Source: Camelus dromedarius (Eukaryota). Taken from it: a stretch of DNA of 64,000 bases. Every line of letters begins with the position of its first letter. The first letter of the stretch is position 1. A model generated the notes under the pieces. It had not been told where the DNA came from and made no database searches. It worked only from the letters and a program-made list of their open reading frames with translations. A program made the translations under genes and the position numbers. The stretch spans positions 22,756,001 through 22,820,000 of the forward strand of contig NC_087437.1 in NCBI RefSeq assembly GCF_036321535.1, given 5' to 3'. Positions 12,945 through 26,397 of the stretch are shown here, piece by piece.

Positions 12945-14980
12945 AAGGTACAGAGATTTCTCATATTCCGCTTGCCCACACACATACACAGCTGCCTCAT
13001 TATCAACATCATTCATCAGAATGGTATATTTTTTACCAAGTATGAACCTTTGCTGACATATCATAATCACCCAAAGTTCATAATTTACCTTAAGGTTCAT
13101 TCATGGTATTGTGCAGTCTATGGGTTTGGACAAAAGTATAATGGCATATATCCATCATTATAATATCAAACAGAATATTTTCAGTGCCCTAAAAATCTTC
13201 TGTGCTCTGCCTATTCATAATTCCCCCTCCCCACCCTCCTGCCCCTCACTAGCAACCACTGATCTTTTTATTGTCTCCATAGTTTTCCCCTTTTCAGAAT
13301 GTTGTATAGTTGGATCATACAGTATGTAGCCTTTTCAGATTGGTTTCTTTCACTTAGTAATATGCATTTAAGGTCCCTCCATGTCTTTTCATGACTTGAT
13401 AGCTTATTTTCTTTTGGCACTGAAAAATATTCCATTGTCTAGATGTACCACAGTTTATTCATTCACCTACTGAAGGACATCTTGGTGCTTCCAAGTTTTG
13501 ACAATTATGAATAAAAAATGCTCCAATCATCCATGTGCAGGTTTTCATGTGGACACAAGTTTTCAACTCCTTTGAATAAATACCAAGAAACAGGATTGCT
13601 GGATGATATGGTAAAATTATGTTTCATTTCATAAAACAAAAAAACAAACAAAAATATGGCTTCCAAAGTGGCTGTACCATTTTTCATTCCCACCAACAAT
13701 GAATGAGAGTTCCTTTTATTACACATCCTCCTAACATTTGGTGGTGTCAGTGTCTCACATTTGGCCATCCTAAGAAATGTGTAGTAGTATCCCATTGTTG
13801 TCTTAATTTGCATTTCCCTGATGACATATGTTGTGGAGCATCTTTTTATATGCTTAATTATTATCTGTATATCTTATCTGATGAACTCTGTTCAAATCTT
13901 TTGCCCATTTTTAGTTGGGTTGTTCATTCTTTTATTGTTAAATTTTGAGGGTTCTTTGTATATTTCTGGGTAACAGTCCTTTATCAGGTGATTTTTGCAA
14001 CTGTTTTCTCCAAGTTTGTGACTTATCTTCTCATTATCTGGACATTGTCTTCTACAGGCCAGGAATTTTTTATTTTAATGAAATCTAGCTTATTAATTAT
14101 TTCTTTCATGAATTGTGCCTTTGGTGTTGTATTTAAAAAGGTATCATCATACCCAAGGTCATCTACGTTTTCTCCGATGTTAAATTTTCTATGAGCTTTA
14201 TAGTTTTGTGTTTTACATTCAGGTCTTTTACCCATTTTCAGTTAAGTTTTGTGACGGCTGTAAGGTCTGTGTCTAGTTTCTTTTTTTTTTTTTTTTTTGC
14301 ATGTGGATGTCCTGTTGCTCCAGAACCATTTGTTGAAGAAACTATTTTTGCTCCATTATATTATTATATTGCTTTTGCTCCTTTGTCAAAGATCAGTTGA
14401 CTATATTAATGAGTTACTGTTTCTGGGCTCTCTGTTCTGTTCTATTAAACCATTTGTCTATATTTTGTCAATAACAAACCATCTTGATTACTGAAGTTTT
14501 ATACCAAGTGTTGAAGTTGGGTAGGGTCAGTTCTCCAATTTTGTTTCTCTCCTTCAATATTGTGTTGGCTATTCTGGGTCTTTTGCCTCTCCATATTAAC
14601 TTTAGAAAATGAGCTTGTCTAATCCATTAAATAACTTACTGGGATTTTGATTAAATCTATAGATCAAATTGGAAAGAACTGACATCTTGACAATATCGAG
14701 TCTTGCCATTCATGAACATGGAATATGTCTCCATTTATTTAGTTCTTCTTTGGTATTATTCATCATAGTCTTATAGTTTTCTTCATATAGATCTTATACA
14801 TATTTTTTAGATTTATACCTAAGTGGCTCTTTTTTGAGGTGCTAATGTTAATGATATTGCATTTTGTATTTCAAATTCCACTTGTTCATTGTTTGTATGT
14901 AGGAAAGTGATTAAGTTTTGTATATTAACATTGTATACTGGAAATTTGGTGCAATAGCTTATTAGCTCCAGGAGTCATTT
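12945..14980 (-). mobile_element. L1MC-like LINE-1 relic (ORF2 3' part and 3'UTR)
   Basis: Degenerate ORF2 peptides MQIKTTMGYYYT and NKLDFIKIKNS; 3'UTR cataatcacccaaagttcata. Confidence 0.9.
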
Positions 14981-16966
14981 TTTATATTTTTAGACGTGAA
15001 AGAATATTGTGGTTAAATTTTGCTTTTTAAATCATTATGTCTTTAAGATAATACAGATAAAATTATATGGTGTCTGAAATTAACTTTAAAATAATCCAGC
15101 AGGTGATCAGGGGCTTGGGGAGGAATGGAGAGTTACAGAAGAATTGAGAATGATCATATGTTGATAACTGCTGGAGCTGAGAGATGAGCACATGGAGATC
15201 ATCATATTATTCTCTATTCTTTGGTATACACTAGGAAATTTCTGTAATAATTTTTTTTCTTTTAAGAAGAAGGAGAAAAGGAAGGGGAGGGAGGGGAATG
15301 GAAGGGAAGTTCTCTTTCAAAAGTATTCTCTCTCTGGGCTCTCACTGGGAGAGTTAATCCAGTTAACTCTCTAAATATCTTTTCCTTTAGTTGATTTCTT
15401 AAGCTCCTCAAACTCCTTGATTAACAACTGAAATATTTCCCTTTTTTCCTAGTCTCATCTTTTTTCAAGAATTCAACCTTTCTCCAAATGTAAGTAGATT
15501 CTCCATCTTTGTCTTCTTTCTAAATGCCATATGCCTTCATTTTACTTTCACTTTTTCTCACTGATGTTTTGATTGCAAGATCAAATCTCTTTCCAAATAG
15601 TTTTCTTTCCTCAATATTTCACTAAGCAAACCAAATTCCAAATAATAGAGTGTCCTGGAAGGAAATCTTGAAATTATTCCTCTTGCCCTTTGCTTCATAA
15701 TGAAGATGGTTTTGTTTTTGCTTCTACTCCAGCTTAAAAATGTGACATAGCTCCTCTGGAGAAATTCCATATTCCTCTTTGCCTGTTGCACAACCCTTCC
15801 ATGGTTGAAGTTATAATTGGGGTAAATCCACACCCATAAGCAGAATTCCTAACATACCCATTTCAGAGCCAATTTACAACTCAGAGGCAGAGGTTGGATA
15901 TTCCCGGAACTCTATAAAGGAGACTTATGAGTCCAAGAGACTATTTGGCTCCTAATTAGTTTAAATTAGGATAAAGAAATCGAAATTGGGAACTGATCTA
16001 GAGCTGACACTGAAGCCTGATCCTAACAAGCTGGAGGTCAGAATGGACACATGAGTGCCCTGTGCCACACGTGAAGCTGAGAACCCAGCTGAGAAGCACT
16101 ATGTGGAGAAAAAAGACACTATGAAAGTGATGATCATTCTTTCCACAAATGTCTAAAAAGGCCTCACATAGTGAAGGCCACATATTTTGAGGTGGCACTT
16201 GACCATAACTCTGCTTCTGAGCATCCTTGTGCCTGATGTACCACCTAAGACTATGTTACAAACTACTGCGAGCTGTCCCAGCCCAAGCTGACGACCAAGT
16301 CCCACACTGAGATTCTGTCTCCCTAGGTCAGCTTTTGCTGCCCAAGTGTCCATATTATGTGTATACTTGTTTTCCAGCCTATGTTTTAGAGGTCTTTTTG
16401 ATCTAAAATTCTTTCTTTCTCCCCTCCAGAGTGCTGACTGATGAAACAAAGAACCGATAGCCAGTTGTATTAATGGTTTAGCAGGACTTCTGCTAAAGCA
16501 TGTTGGAGAATGCAACTTCAACCTGAAGTTTTCTTAGATCTAGGATCTGCACATTCACACTGGGACTGTGTTCAGGTTGCAGATAAGACTCTGTGTCCAC
16601 TTACCCAGCCAGCTGCAAGGACCAGTCTGCACTGTGGGCTGTCTCCAGCAGGAACTGATGCCTGTGGAAGGGCACTACCCCAGGTGGGCTTAATGCACAC
16701 CCACAGAAGTGCAGGTGAGCATCCTTGCACCTGAGAGCTCAGGGGAGTCACAGAGATAAAGGTGGCCCCCTTCTCTTTTATGGGCACAGTCCTCACAACC
16801 AACATAGCCCAGTGAGTATCACATGCAGTCCAGAATAGATGTAGGGAGAGGCACAAGCTTTCTCACCAGAACTATTCTGAGAAGAGAAAAGTAGTAATGA
16901 ACATGTCCTCTCTGGGTCAAGATGGGATTAGGTGAAGAAGAGGAAAAATTTTCCTTCATAACTCTT

Positions 16967-17020
16967 CTTTTTTAATTGAAGTATAGCTGATTTACAATAT
17001 TGTGTTAGTTTTGGGTGTAC
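16967..17020 (-). mobile_element. ~54-bp 5'-truncated L1 3' end with 15-bp TSD
   Basis: ttttttaattgaagtatagctgatttacaatattgtgttag; flanks tccttcataactctt / ttcttcacaactctt. Confidence 0.8.
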
Positions 17021-17317
17021 TTCTTCACAACTCTTAAGTTTGAGGTTTTAAAATTGGGGAAACTATAATGGGAAGACCAGAACTTAAGACAATCATCTAA
17101 TCAGAGAAAGTCACAAATTCAGAAACTTTCCTGAAAAAATGTCATAGAACTCTTTGATTTTACCATTGATTTAATAATCTAATTGATAATTGTCTATAGT
17201 GATGCTTCTAACAGTTTTTCTAAACCCTAAAACTTCCATCCTTGGAGATACAATTTTAATATCTCAGCAGTAACAGCATTTGTGCCCAGTTGGAACACTC
17301 TACTGTGTGTCAGATCC

Positions 17318-17498
17318 TGTGGTTCTCAAGTGAGACCCGGACCAGTAGCATCAGCTTAACCTAGGAACTTGTTAGAAAGGCAGATTCTTCCACTCCAGAC
17401 CGCTGCATAAGAAACACTGATGGGACAGAGCCCATAAATCAGTACTTAACAAGCCTTCCAGATGGTTCTGATGCTAACTAAAGTTTGAGAACAACAGA
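17318..17498 (+). mobile_element. MER5A MITE
   Basis: gtggttctcaa...ggaacttgttagaaa...ctaaagtttgagaac. Confidence 0.85.
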
Positions 17499-19952
17499 TC
17501 CAAGAGATAACTTGTTAGACATATGATTTGATAGAGCAATAAATGATTCATAAAGTAAAAGGAGCCAATATACAAATAAAAAAGTGCTAAAGTCTGGTTT
17601 AAAAATAGTAAAATAACTGGTATATAACATCACATGTAGATAATATCACACATGCCAAGTCCTCAAGGTGACAATCAACCCAGTCATGGATAAATCAGAT
17701 ATCAATGTGTTCTTCTTTAAGAAAATACTGTGTGTTGCCAGTGCCATCATTTTTTTTCCTTTTTTAACTGTGCAAAAAGGTAATAAACATCCTGCTCATT
17801 CTCACAGGCATTGCATCACTTCCATTCCCAAGTGATCAGCATCAGTGTCTCCCCACAGTGTCTCATAGGACTGGCCCCTTATCTCTTCATCATTTATCTA
17901 ATTCTCCTCCCCCTCATAGACTCTGCTTCAACAGAAGGCATCGTTATTTTGAAATAATATTGGATGTGATTCTGCCCACAATGCCACTAAGAGCTTTGAC
18001 AGAATAGACATAAAAGATGATTATTAATCCAGACATCTGGGATGACAGTGTTTCCTTATTCCTCTAACCTTCTTTTCTCCTACCTCTTCTACTCTCACGA
18101 TGCCCTCCGGACACAGTGTCCCCTCTCTCCCTTCTTGTACCCAGTTCTAGCTCAACACTCCAGTCCAAGCTTCTAAGTGACGTCTTTGTGATTCCATGCT
18201 TGTCCCATTCTCAGCTTTCTTTTCTTTCTTCTCTATATTTTATCTAATTTTCTTCCTTTTTTTGCTATCTCTTTCTCTTCTTAATTTTCCCTCATTCTTC
18301 TGTATTCTTCCTCAGTTCCCCCCTTTTCCCTGTTGTCTTCTCTTCCTCACCCTTATTTCATTTTATTTCCCCTATTTTAGCCCAAGTTACTCAGAAGAGG
18401 CTGCGCCACCTGGGAGGCAGACAGGAAACACAAGAGATGCTCTTGGGACACTGAGGACACTTGGCGTCCTGAGGGTGAAGGGCTCTGTCCTGTGCTGGGT
18501 GCATCAGGCAGTAACAATATTTGGAAGCCAGGTATGGCTTGACATTTATGTTCTCTTCACATTTCTTCCTGGAGTTTACCTAGTTTAAGCCTTCCTGTTT
18601 CAAGTTTGTGCTTTCTCTGGCTTCATTTTCCTATCTCTCCCCCATTCTAACACCACTGCATCTTGAAAATATGTTACATAAAAAAGGCAAGATTGTAACC
18701 TCACTCCCCTGTTGTAATTGTTATAAAACCTTTGCAGAAGAGGTAGTTAACAAATAAAATGTACATACACAACAGGCTTTAAATCACCGGGTGACAGAGA
18801 TCTAAATATCTTACAGAATTCTTTCTCCCAGGGTGTGTGCTATTCCCATAAACTCATAAGCCTCAACAAGAATCAAGAGGGCTTATCAGAGTTCTACTGT
18901 TCAGGCCTTCTGGAAAGTACAGTTCTGGGAAGCCATCCCCTCCTTGTTGTGACAAGTAATAATCCCTTAATAATTTTTGATAATTTTCTCCTATTTACAG
19001 TGGATTTCTATTCAGGAATAGCCCTGTTTCTTTGCTGACCACCACCCTCCTCATTCCTCAAATTCACTGTGTCCTCTTCAATCCAGTGACCATTGTTGCC
19101 CTTAAGAATGGCAGAACTAGACCAAAGGGTGCTCTTTGTGACCGCTCAAAATCTGCCCCGTAGTATTTTACAAAATGTATTTGACATAGGTCCTGTAACT
19201 TTGTAGTATTTGTCTTAAGAGTCCCTTTTTCAATTGTGCCTACTGTGTCACGGTTTTTATAGATAGTAACAATTGCTAACATTATTGTTACAATAACCAT
19301 TTCATACAATCCACTTACCCAGCCCATGAAGGTACTAGCATTATGCCCATCTACCACTTGAGAAAGTTAAGTTCAGAGGGAGTCACTTGCCCAAAGTCCC
19401 ACAACCAGGAAGTAGTGGAGCTGGGATATGAAATGCCTATACCACCCATCTCTGGATGTGAAAATAAAGATAGTAATAATATAGACTTAAGCCTTTTTGT
19501 ATTTCTGTCTAAGCTCTTTTTTTCTTTTTCCTCTCTTTGACCTCATATCATGTAAATCTTACTAAGAATTTGTATAAAAGAGTTTAAAATGCATAAATTT
19601 GTTCTTGAAAATAACACCATTAATTAAAGGCCAAATTTCTTTTCATGGAACAAAACATGATTAAAATTGCCAGAGCATTTCCTTGGGCTGAAGGTGGAGG
19701 GAAATTCTGAGCAGCACAATTCTCAATGAGGCTTTGATCACCAATTATTCTTTACTTCCTTTTTTAAGCATGAATCTACTTCCTTCTTAGGGAGTTATAT
19801 ATCTCCCATATTTTGCCCCTGTTTTTTTTTTTCCAACTTACAGTATCAACATAACTACCTTTTTAATGCTTATAATGATGTACATCAGGAAAATAACAAA
19901 GTAATCTGACCTCACTTCTTTTATGCCAGGATTAGATGGTGCTTTCAGCATG

Positions 19953-20309
19953 TGTCTTAATTTGAGCAGCTGAAACAAACAGACTGAATGATTTATAAAC
20001 AAATAGACTGAAATTTATTTCTCATAGCTCTGGAGGCTAGAAGGCTCAAGATCAAGGTATCAGCAGATTCAATATATGGGGAAACCTCCTTCTAGTTCAA
20101 AAATTGCCACCTTTTTGTGTTCACATGGTAGAAGAGACTAAAGAGCTCTCTGGGGTCTCTTTTTTTAGGGCACTAATTCCATTCATGAGGGCTTCACCCT
20201 CATGACCTAATCACCCCTCAAAGACTCCACCTCCAAATATCATTACATTGGGGATTAAGTATAACATATGAATTTGGGGGGCACACAAAACTATTATACA
20301 GTATATAGC
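19953..20309 (-). mobile_element. MLT1A/MLT1A0 MaLR solo LTR
   Basis: tttatttctcatagctctggaggct...cattcatgagggcttcaccctcatgacctaatcacc. Confidence 0.85.
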
Positions 20310-20999
20310 AGCATGTAAGTGGACTTAAGTTCACTACTGGTAGAAGATATTACTTTATTGCCCTCTTCTAATGTTGTGCATAAAGGCATTTTATCCACAC
20401 ATATATAAAGTATAGAATATATGGATAGCTGGACTTCATTTAGAATACACATATAAGTGAAACTTAAAATGCTTAGGGCATACAGCTTCCTTGGGCTGTG
20501 TCATGCCCTGCATATCAAACTTACATGAGAAAGCCAATTACACACTGGAGTGTTAGATTCTTTGATTTTTAATTCTGAATCTGCCACAGGCATATGTACC
20601 TCTGAGAAAGTCTTTCAAAAACCTTGTTTTCATTTTGACCCTTGTAAAATGAGATTTTACAATCTGCTAGGAAAATTCTGAGGATTAAATATCAAATGAT
20701 AGTAAAGCACTTTGAAAGTACTAAATGGGGTTGTTAATAATTTAAGAGAGAAGCAAACCTTCATCTGAGTTGCTGAAAGGAGTATGTGGTGTATTTATGT
20801 CAATCATTTATCATTTCACTGAAATTTCTTCTATCTTGAGCTACTCAGAAAACATCTGATTCCCTTTAAAATAAGACTTTAAAATTAGTTTTTTCAGAGT
20901 ACTCTCACACCAGTTATTTTGTTGGGTCCCCACAAAACCCCCAGGAGATATAAGTGACATATTATGTAGAAATAAGACTATAAGGACTACAATATCCTA

Positions 21000-21430
21000 C
21001 CAATACTTAATTAAACAAGTAGAGGTTTATTATTCTCACTTAAGAAAAAGTACAGGTGTAAGAAGTTCAGGGCAAATGCAGAGACTTGATGGTGTCATCA
21101 GAGATCTTGACTCCTGTCTTTTTCCCTCTATTGTCTTTGGTGAATTGGTTTGTCACCTCATGTTCACAAAATGGCTGCTAGCATTCCAGATACCACGTTT
21201 ATTTTTAAGATAGAAGGAAAGAAAGGAGGGCACTCCATTAACCATGTCTTTTTTTATATATATAAAGAAAACAAAAGCTTTTCTAGAAGCTACCTCAGGC
21301 AGGGTTTCACTAGATCATATGACCCCTGCTAGGGCAAGAGAAGACAGGGCAGTAAGTGTATGGCCTTCTATCCCCTGTGGAGGGAAACAGTAAGAAAGGA
21401 GGGAGCTGAGAACCTTTGGGGAACCTAATA
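21000..21430 (-). mobile_element. Old MLT1 (K/J-like) MaLR LTR
   Basis: cctcatgttcacaaaatggctgctagcattccag motif. Confidence 0.55.
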
Positions 21431-22619
21431 CTAGTGTTGATGAAGAATGACAGGCATTAAAAAGTTAATTTTTCAAGGTGGCATAGCAGAGGAGATAAAA
21501 CAGATCTGAATCACTCTGCTAAAGTGGAAATATCCAACAATAACTTGTAAAATCAACTAAAATTCTTTTGGGGGTAATCATGCTGAGGATTACTCTAGGT
21601 TCTCTCACTACATGACCCCCCTGCACCCCAATAACAGTGCTGTAGCAGAGGAATGGCTTTGCCTGTGCACATAATGAACCTGTTTGTCATTTTTTGAAGA
21701 ATCACCCTTTATCAGCAATCCAGCACCTCAGCCTGCACTCTCCTTTTCTAGCTTTCCTCCATTATAAAGAGAAGCTCAACAAGGTCACACTAAATAAGTC
21801 GAAAAAATTAGTCACTTGACTGAGGACTGCCATGGAGAAGACAACTTCTGTGGCTCCCTGTCTGAATCAGTCAGAGTTTGGCTGCAAGAAAAGGAACTGA
21901 AAGGATACAATGCAGGAAATTAGGAGCTTACATAAGTGTTGTAGGGGCTTGAGGAATGACTCCCAACCAAATTATATAACAGTCCTGCCAAGAGAGCTGC
22001 TACCTCTGACACATTAAAAAATGTGGGACTTCAGGAGATGACATTTGGATTGGTTGACCTCAAAACCCACTGCCACCTCCTGTGACCCAGAGATCAGGAA
22101 GCTGCAGCCACTGCCCTCCCCATCACAGTGGCCTTTCAACACACACAGAGCCAATGAAGGACCTCTCCAGAAAAACTCAGAATTGTCACAACCATGTTTG
22201 CCAGTAGAAAGGTCTAAAGCAACAGGAAGATGGCAGTGCTCATTTTATGTCCACCTTAAAGACTGCATAAGTGCATCCAATTAAAGAGTCTAATCTGTGC
22301 CCAGAACACCAGCTGTGTGGAAGTTTAGGGAAGGTAGGTTTCAGTATGCCAGTCGCTGCATGACTCCAGGCACATGTGGAGGAAGTTAGAATGGATAACG
22401 AGTGCCAAACTACTATATTCATAATGTTCCACCAGTTCCAAATATGGACAGGAGACAGGGACCAAAGGGCAATAGAAAGGAGTTTCCTATTAGCATCTAA
22501 TTTTTGGCTGGATTTGCTCATACTTTATTAATTTAACTTGATTATAAATTCTAGTGAAAAAGACTTAATCTATAAATTCCATAGGATATCAAATCTGGTG
22601 TCCAGAATATAAAAGCAAG

Positions 22620-22860
22620 AGTCATTATTCACTGAGGACTCATTTTGTGCCAGACACTATTATTAGTGCTTTGCAAGAAATTTACTAAAACCCACGATAA
22701 CCATTATGGCAGGAAATGTTATGATAGCCAATGTCCAGGTGAGGACATCGAGGCACAGAGAAATTATTTGCCAAATGTCATAAAGATACCAGTGGTGGAG
22801 CCATATTTAGCAGAGCAGTCTGACTCCAGAGACCAGGTTCCTAACAATTATAATGTATTG
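22620..22860 (-). mobile_element. MIR SINE
   Basis: tgtgccagacact...gaggcacagaga...cagtctgactccagag. Confidence 0.75.
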
Positions 22861-23571
22861 CTGCTCCATAAAATTAGTCTAAGTACAAAGCCACATTGGA
22901 TAAATTTGCCCTTCACAATATCCCTTTTGATTTACCATTAACATCCTGCTAGCTCCCTAATCAACTGATCTTGATGACTTTTATTGAAGTATCCAAGATG
23001 GTACTGTTAGAAGAATTCCTGTTAAGCTAATCCTATTTGCCACTGATTTCTATCATAAAATTAGAGCTGCATTTTGCTTGAGATTCTGAGATTTAAACTT
23101 ACACAGACAGTAATTTATTATTTTCCTAACAGCTCCCCCAAAGTCAAAAGAGAAGACTACTCATTTTGCAATTTTCTCTTCTCCGAAAACAGCCCCAATT
23201 CTCTGGTGGAGCCCCTAGAAGCCAAATGTTGTTATAGGACCCTCCCTTTAGGCACATTTGATCGGTCCAAAGTTGTTCATAGGATATTGAAACCTGTAAC
23301 TGAGAAAAGAGGATTAGTTATTTTTAAGGGGCTGTGAATTGGGAGTTGGGAAAGCATACCATGTAAACGAAGCTAGATGATCTAAGAAAATGATATCCAG
23401 GAAAAGAGAAGCAGCAATGACCAATGGATGAGGAGAAATTGATAAAGAGAGGGGAAATCGTGAAAGTGACCAATCTGATTCTAGCTGTGCCCAACACCAA
23501 GCTGTATGCCTGCCTTTATTTCATGCAAGTGCACCAGAGGTCTTCTCGAAAACTTCTAACAATTTCCCCTC

Positions 23572-24089
23572 TGTTCTAGTTATTCATTCATTGGTGTGTA
23601 ACAATAAACCATCCCAAAACTTAGTGGCCTAAAACAATGTATCATTTATTTTACTTATAAATCTGCAATTTGGGCAGAGCTGGGAGGGGACAATTTGTCT
23701 CTGCTACAGTCAGCACCAACTGAGATGGCTTGAAGGCTGCAAGAGTCTGAAGGCTGGCTCACTTACTCCCAAGTCTGGTAGTTAATACTGGCTGTACCTG
23801 GACCTCAGTTGGAGCTGGGGTGGAAACATCTACACAAAATCTTTCTGTGGGGCTACTGACTTCCTCACGACAATGTAACTGGACTCCAGGGGCAAGCATT
23901 CCCAGAGAGGAAGAAAGTCTGGGACAGCTATAGCACCTTTTATGACTTAACCTTGAAATTCAAATAGTCACCTCCACGTGGTTCCAGGCCTACCCAGAGT
24001 CAAGGGGAGTGTCAGAATTATATTGTAAGATGAGCTTGTGACGTGTGATATATTGATATAGCTATCTTTGGAAAACATAATCTGCCACA
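23572..24089 (-). mobile_element. MLT1 (F/G-like) MaLR solo LTR
   Basis: cccaaaacttagtggcctaaaacaa ... ctttggaaaacataatctgccaca. Confidence 0.8.
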
Positions 24090-24094
24090 TCCTC

Positions 24095-24724
24095 TGTAAG
24101 GTGATGTGTTACTGTGATGCAATAAATATATGTTTGGTCTTTGTCCGCGGTTCTTGGCAAACAACTCCTAAAACCCTTAGAATCTCTGGAGCCATAGAGT
24201 GTCTTCTGTATCCTAATGAGATGACTGCTGCCTGAGGGTCCCTAGATAGCTTCAGGATGGGGCTGGTTGCCAGAAAGACAGAAAGACCTAGGCACACACA
24301 ACTACAGGGTTGGAACTTTCAGCACCATTGCCTAACCTATAGGAAGGGGCCAGTGGCCAGTGGCCAGTGACTGAGTTAATTCCTGGGTTGTACCCTGTAT
24401 AATAAACCAATAATTGGAAGTAAAGTGTTTTCCTGAGTACTGTGAGCTGGTATAGCAGATTAACAAACCTGAGGAGGGAGTCATGGGCGCTCCCAATTTA
24501 TAACTGGTTAATCAGAAGTAGGGTGGTCTAAGACTTGCAACTGGTGTCTGAAGTGGGGACAGTCTTCAGGCTTCTCTGGGAATAAGCCCTTTACCTATGA
24601 GGTCTGTGTCAGAATTAAAATGAATTGTAGAACAGCCCGTAGACAGCTGGAGAATTGGAGAACTCGGTGCTGGTGAAAACACCACACATTTGGTGTCAGA
24701 AGTTGTGAGTAGAAACAGCTCACA
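24095..24724 (+). mobile_element. MER21-like LTR
   Basis: ctcctaaaaccctt, ccctagatagcttcaggatggggctggttgccagaaagac, aataaa, ttggtgtcagaagt. Confidence 0.85.
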
Positions 24725-24769
24725 GTTACTGAGAAGCAAAAGTGTTCACTATTTACAAACAAAAGTGTA

Positions 24770-25540
24770 TGTAAGGTTTAAATAGACAATATATTTGTAT
24801 GGTCCAAAATTCAAACAAAAAATAACGTGTGTGTGTATTTGTATGTGTGTAGATAGACAGAAATATAGTGAAAAATGTCACGCCCTCCAGTTCTCTTCTA
24901 TGGGGGCAACAAATGCTATCAGTTTCTTATAAGTCTTTCCAGAGTTATTTTTTGCTGCTATAAGAAAGTGCTGTACATAAACAAAGCCCTCTCCTTTAAT
25001 TATTTTTTTGCAAATGGTAACCGCCTCCAATATTTTGCTCTTTTAACTTATATTTAGAGATCATATGTATCTGTGTATATTTTCTCAGTCTTTTAAAGGC
25101 TGCTTAGTCTTCTACTGCAGGGATGTACTATAATTTATGCAACCAGTGACCTATTAATAAACATTTAAAATTGTTTCCTATAGACCTATTAAAAACAACT
25201 CTGGAATAAACTTCTACATCTGTCACTTTGCATTTGCGTGAGTATGTTTATAGTATAAGTTTATTGGAAGTGGGACTTAAGGGTCAACAACTATATGCAT
25301 TGGCAATTTTGTTAGATTTTGCCAAATGTCAGCACCAAAGGTGATCTATTTTCCAATGTATTTCCTAACACAGCATGTTATTAGAGTTTCTGATCTTTGT
25401 CAATCTACTGGGTGAAAAATGGTATATCTGATAATATGCATTTCTCTCACTATGAATGGTGCTAAGCATCTGTGCATGTGAGTTAATAGACATTTACATT
25501 TCCTTTCCTTTGAACTATCTGCTTATATCCTTGGCCCTAC
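24770..25540 (-). mobile_element. Old L1ME-like fragment
   Basis: gggtgaaaaatggtatatct, tgcatttctctcactatgaatg (degenerate ORF2 3' end). Confidence 0.6.
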
Positions 25541-26090
25541 AGACAATGAAGCTAAAACTTCATCATCAACATCATTATCATTTTGGTTTTTTGCATTGAA
25601 CCGGCTCTCATGCACTGGCAGACATCTGCCATGACTGCCCTCAATGCCTCTCCCAGTGTGGGGGTAAGAGGCATAGACAGAAACAGAACCTAGATGGGCA
25701 GGACCTTATAATAATGGGAATCAGAGAAGAAATATCTTTTAAAGTGTTTGCTTTTTTGTTTTTTTAATTTCATGATTAGAATGTTAAAATGCGTCTAAGC
25801 AAATCAATGATAAGAGGAGAATTTACTTTTAGTAACTTAAAGAAGTAGTCAAGTACATGACAATATTCAAAAAGGAAGAAGGGAGAAGACCATTAAATAC
25901 TAACTTAGATGAACTTCCAACCTCTAGAACTTTGCCTCTAGGGCACAATGAGATTTCTTGAAGGGTAGTTCCTCCCCTTAGTTGAGCCCTTCAAAACAGG
26001 AATGAAATGAATATTACAGGAGTGTGGATTGTCTGTTGACTCAACTTCCAGGCAAGATTGTTTTGATTAAAATTATTATGGTAATAATAC

Positions 26091-26397
26091 TGAAAGCAAG
26101 CAGGGCCCTGAGGGTCCCTCCCAGGCACAAAAGCCTATCCATGTTTCTGGATTCTTGTTTCTGTTACCTCATTATCAACCAATCAGAAGAAAGGCACACA
26201 CCCTGCAGTCCTCCCTACAAATTTTACCTTTAAAATGCTTCCCTAAAAAACCATCAGGGAGTTTGGGTCTTTTGAGCATGAGCCACCCTTATTCCTTGCT
26301 TGGCACCTGCAATAAACATTGGTGTTACCACAACATGGTGTCGATAGATTGGCTTTGCTGCATAGCAGGTGAGAGGATTCAAGTTCAGTTCCATAAA
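26091..26397 (+). mobile_element. MER34-group ERV1 solo LTR
   Basis: ccatcagggagtttgggtcttttgagcatgagc...tgcaataaa...gattggctttgctgc. Confidence 0.75.

Noticed and set aside
16153..16521. 122-aa minus-strand ORF as an upstream SLC9A9 exon
   Set aside because: No NHE similarity; exon 1 already has its own start.
18196..18588. 130-aa hydrophobic ORF
   Set aside because: F/S/L/P-rich product of a low-complexity pyrimidine tract; no recognisable family.
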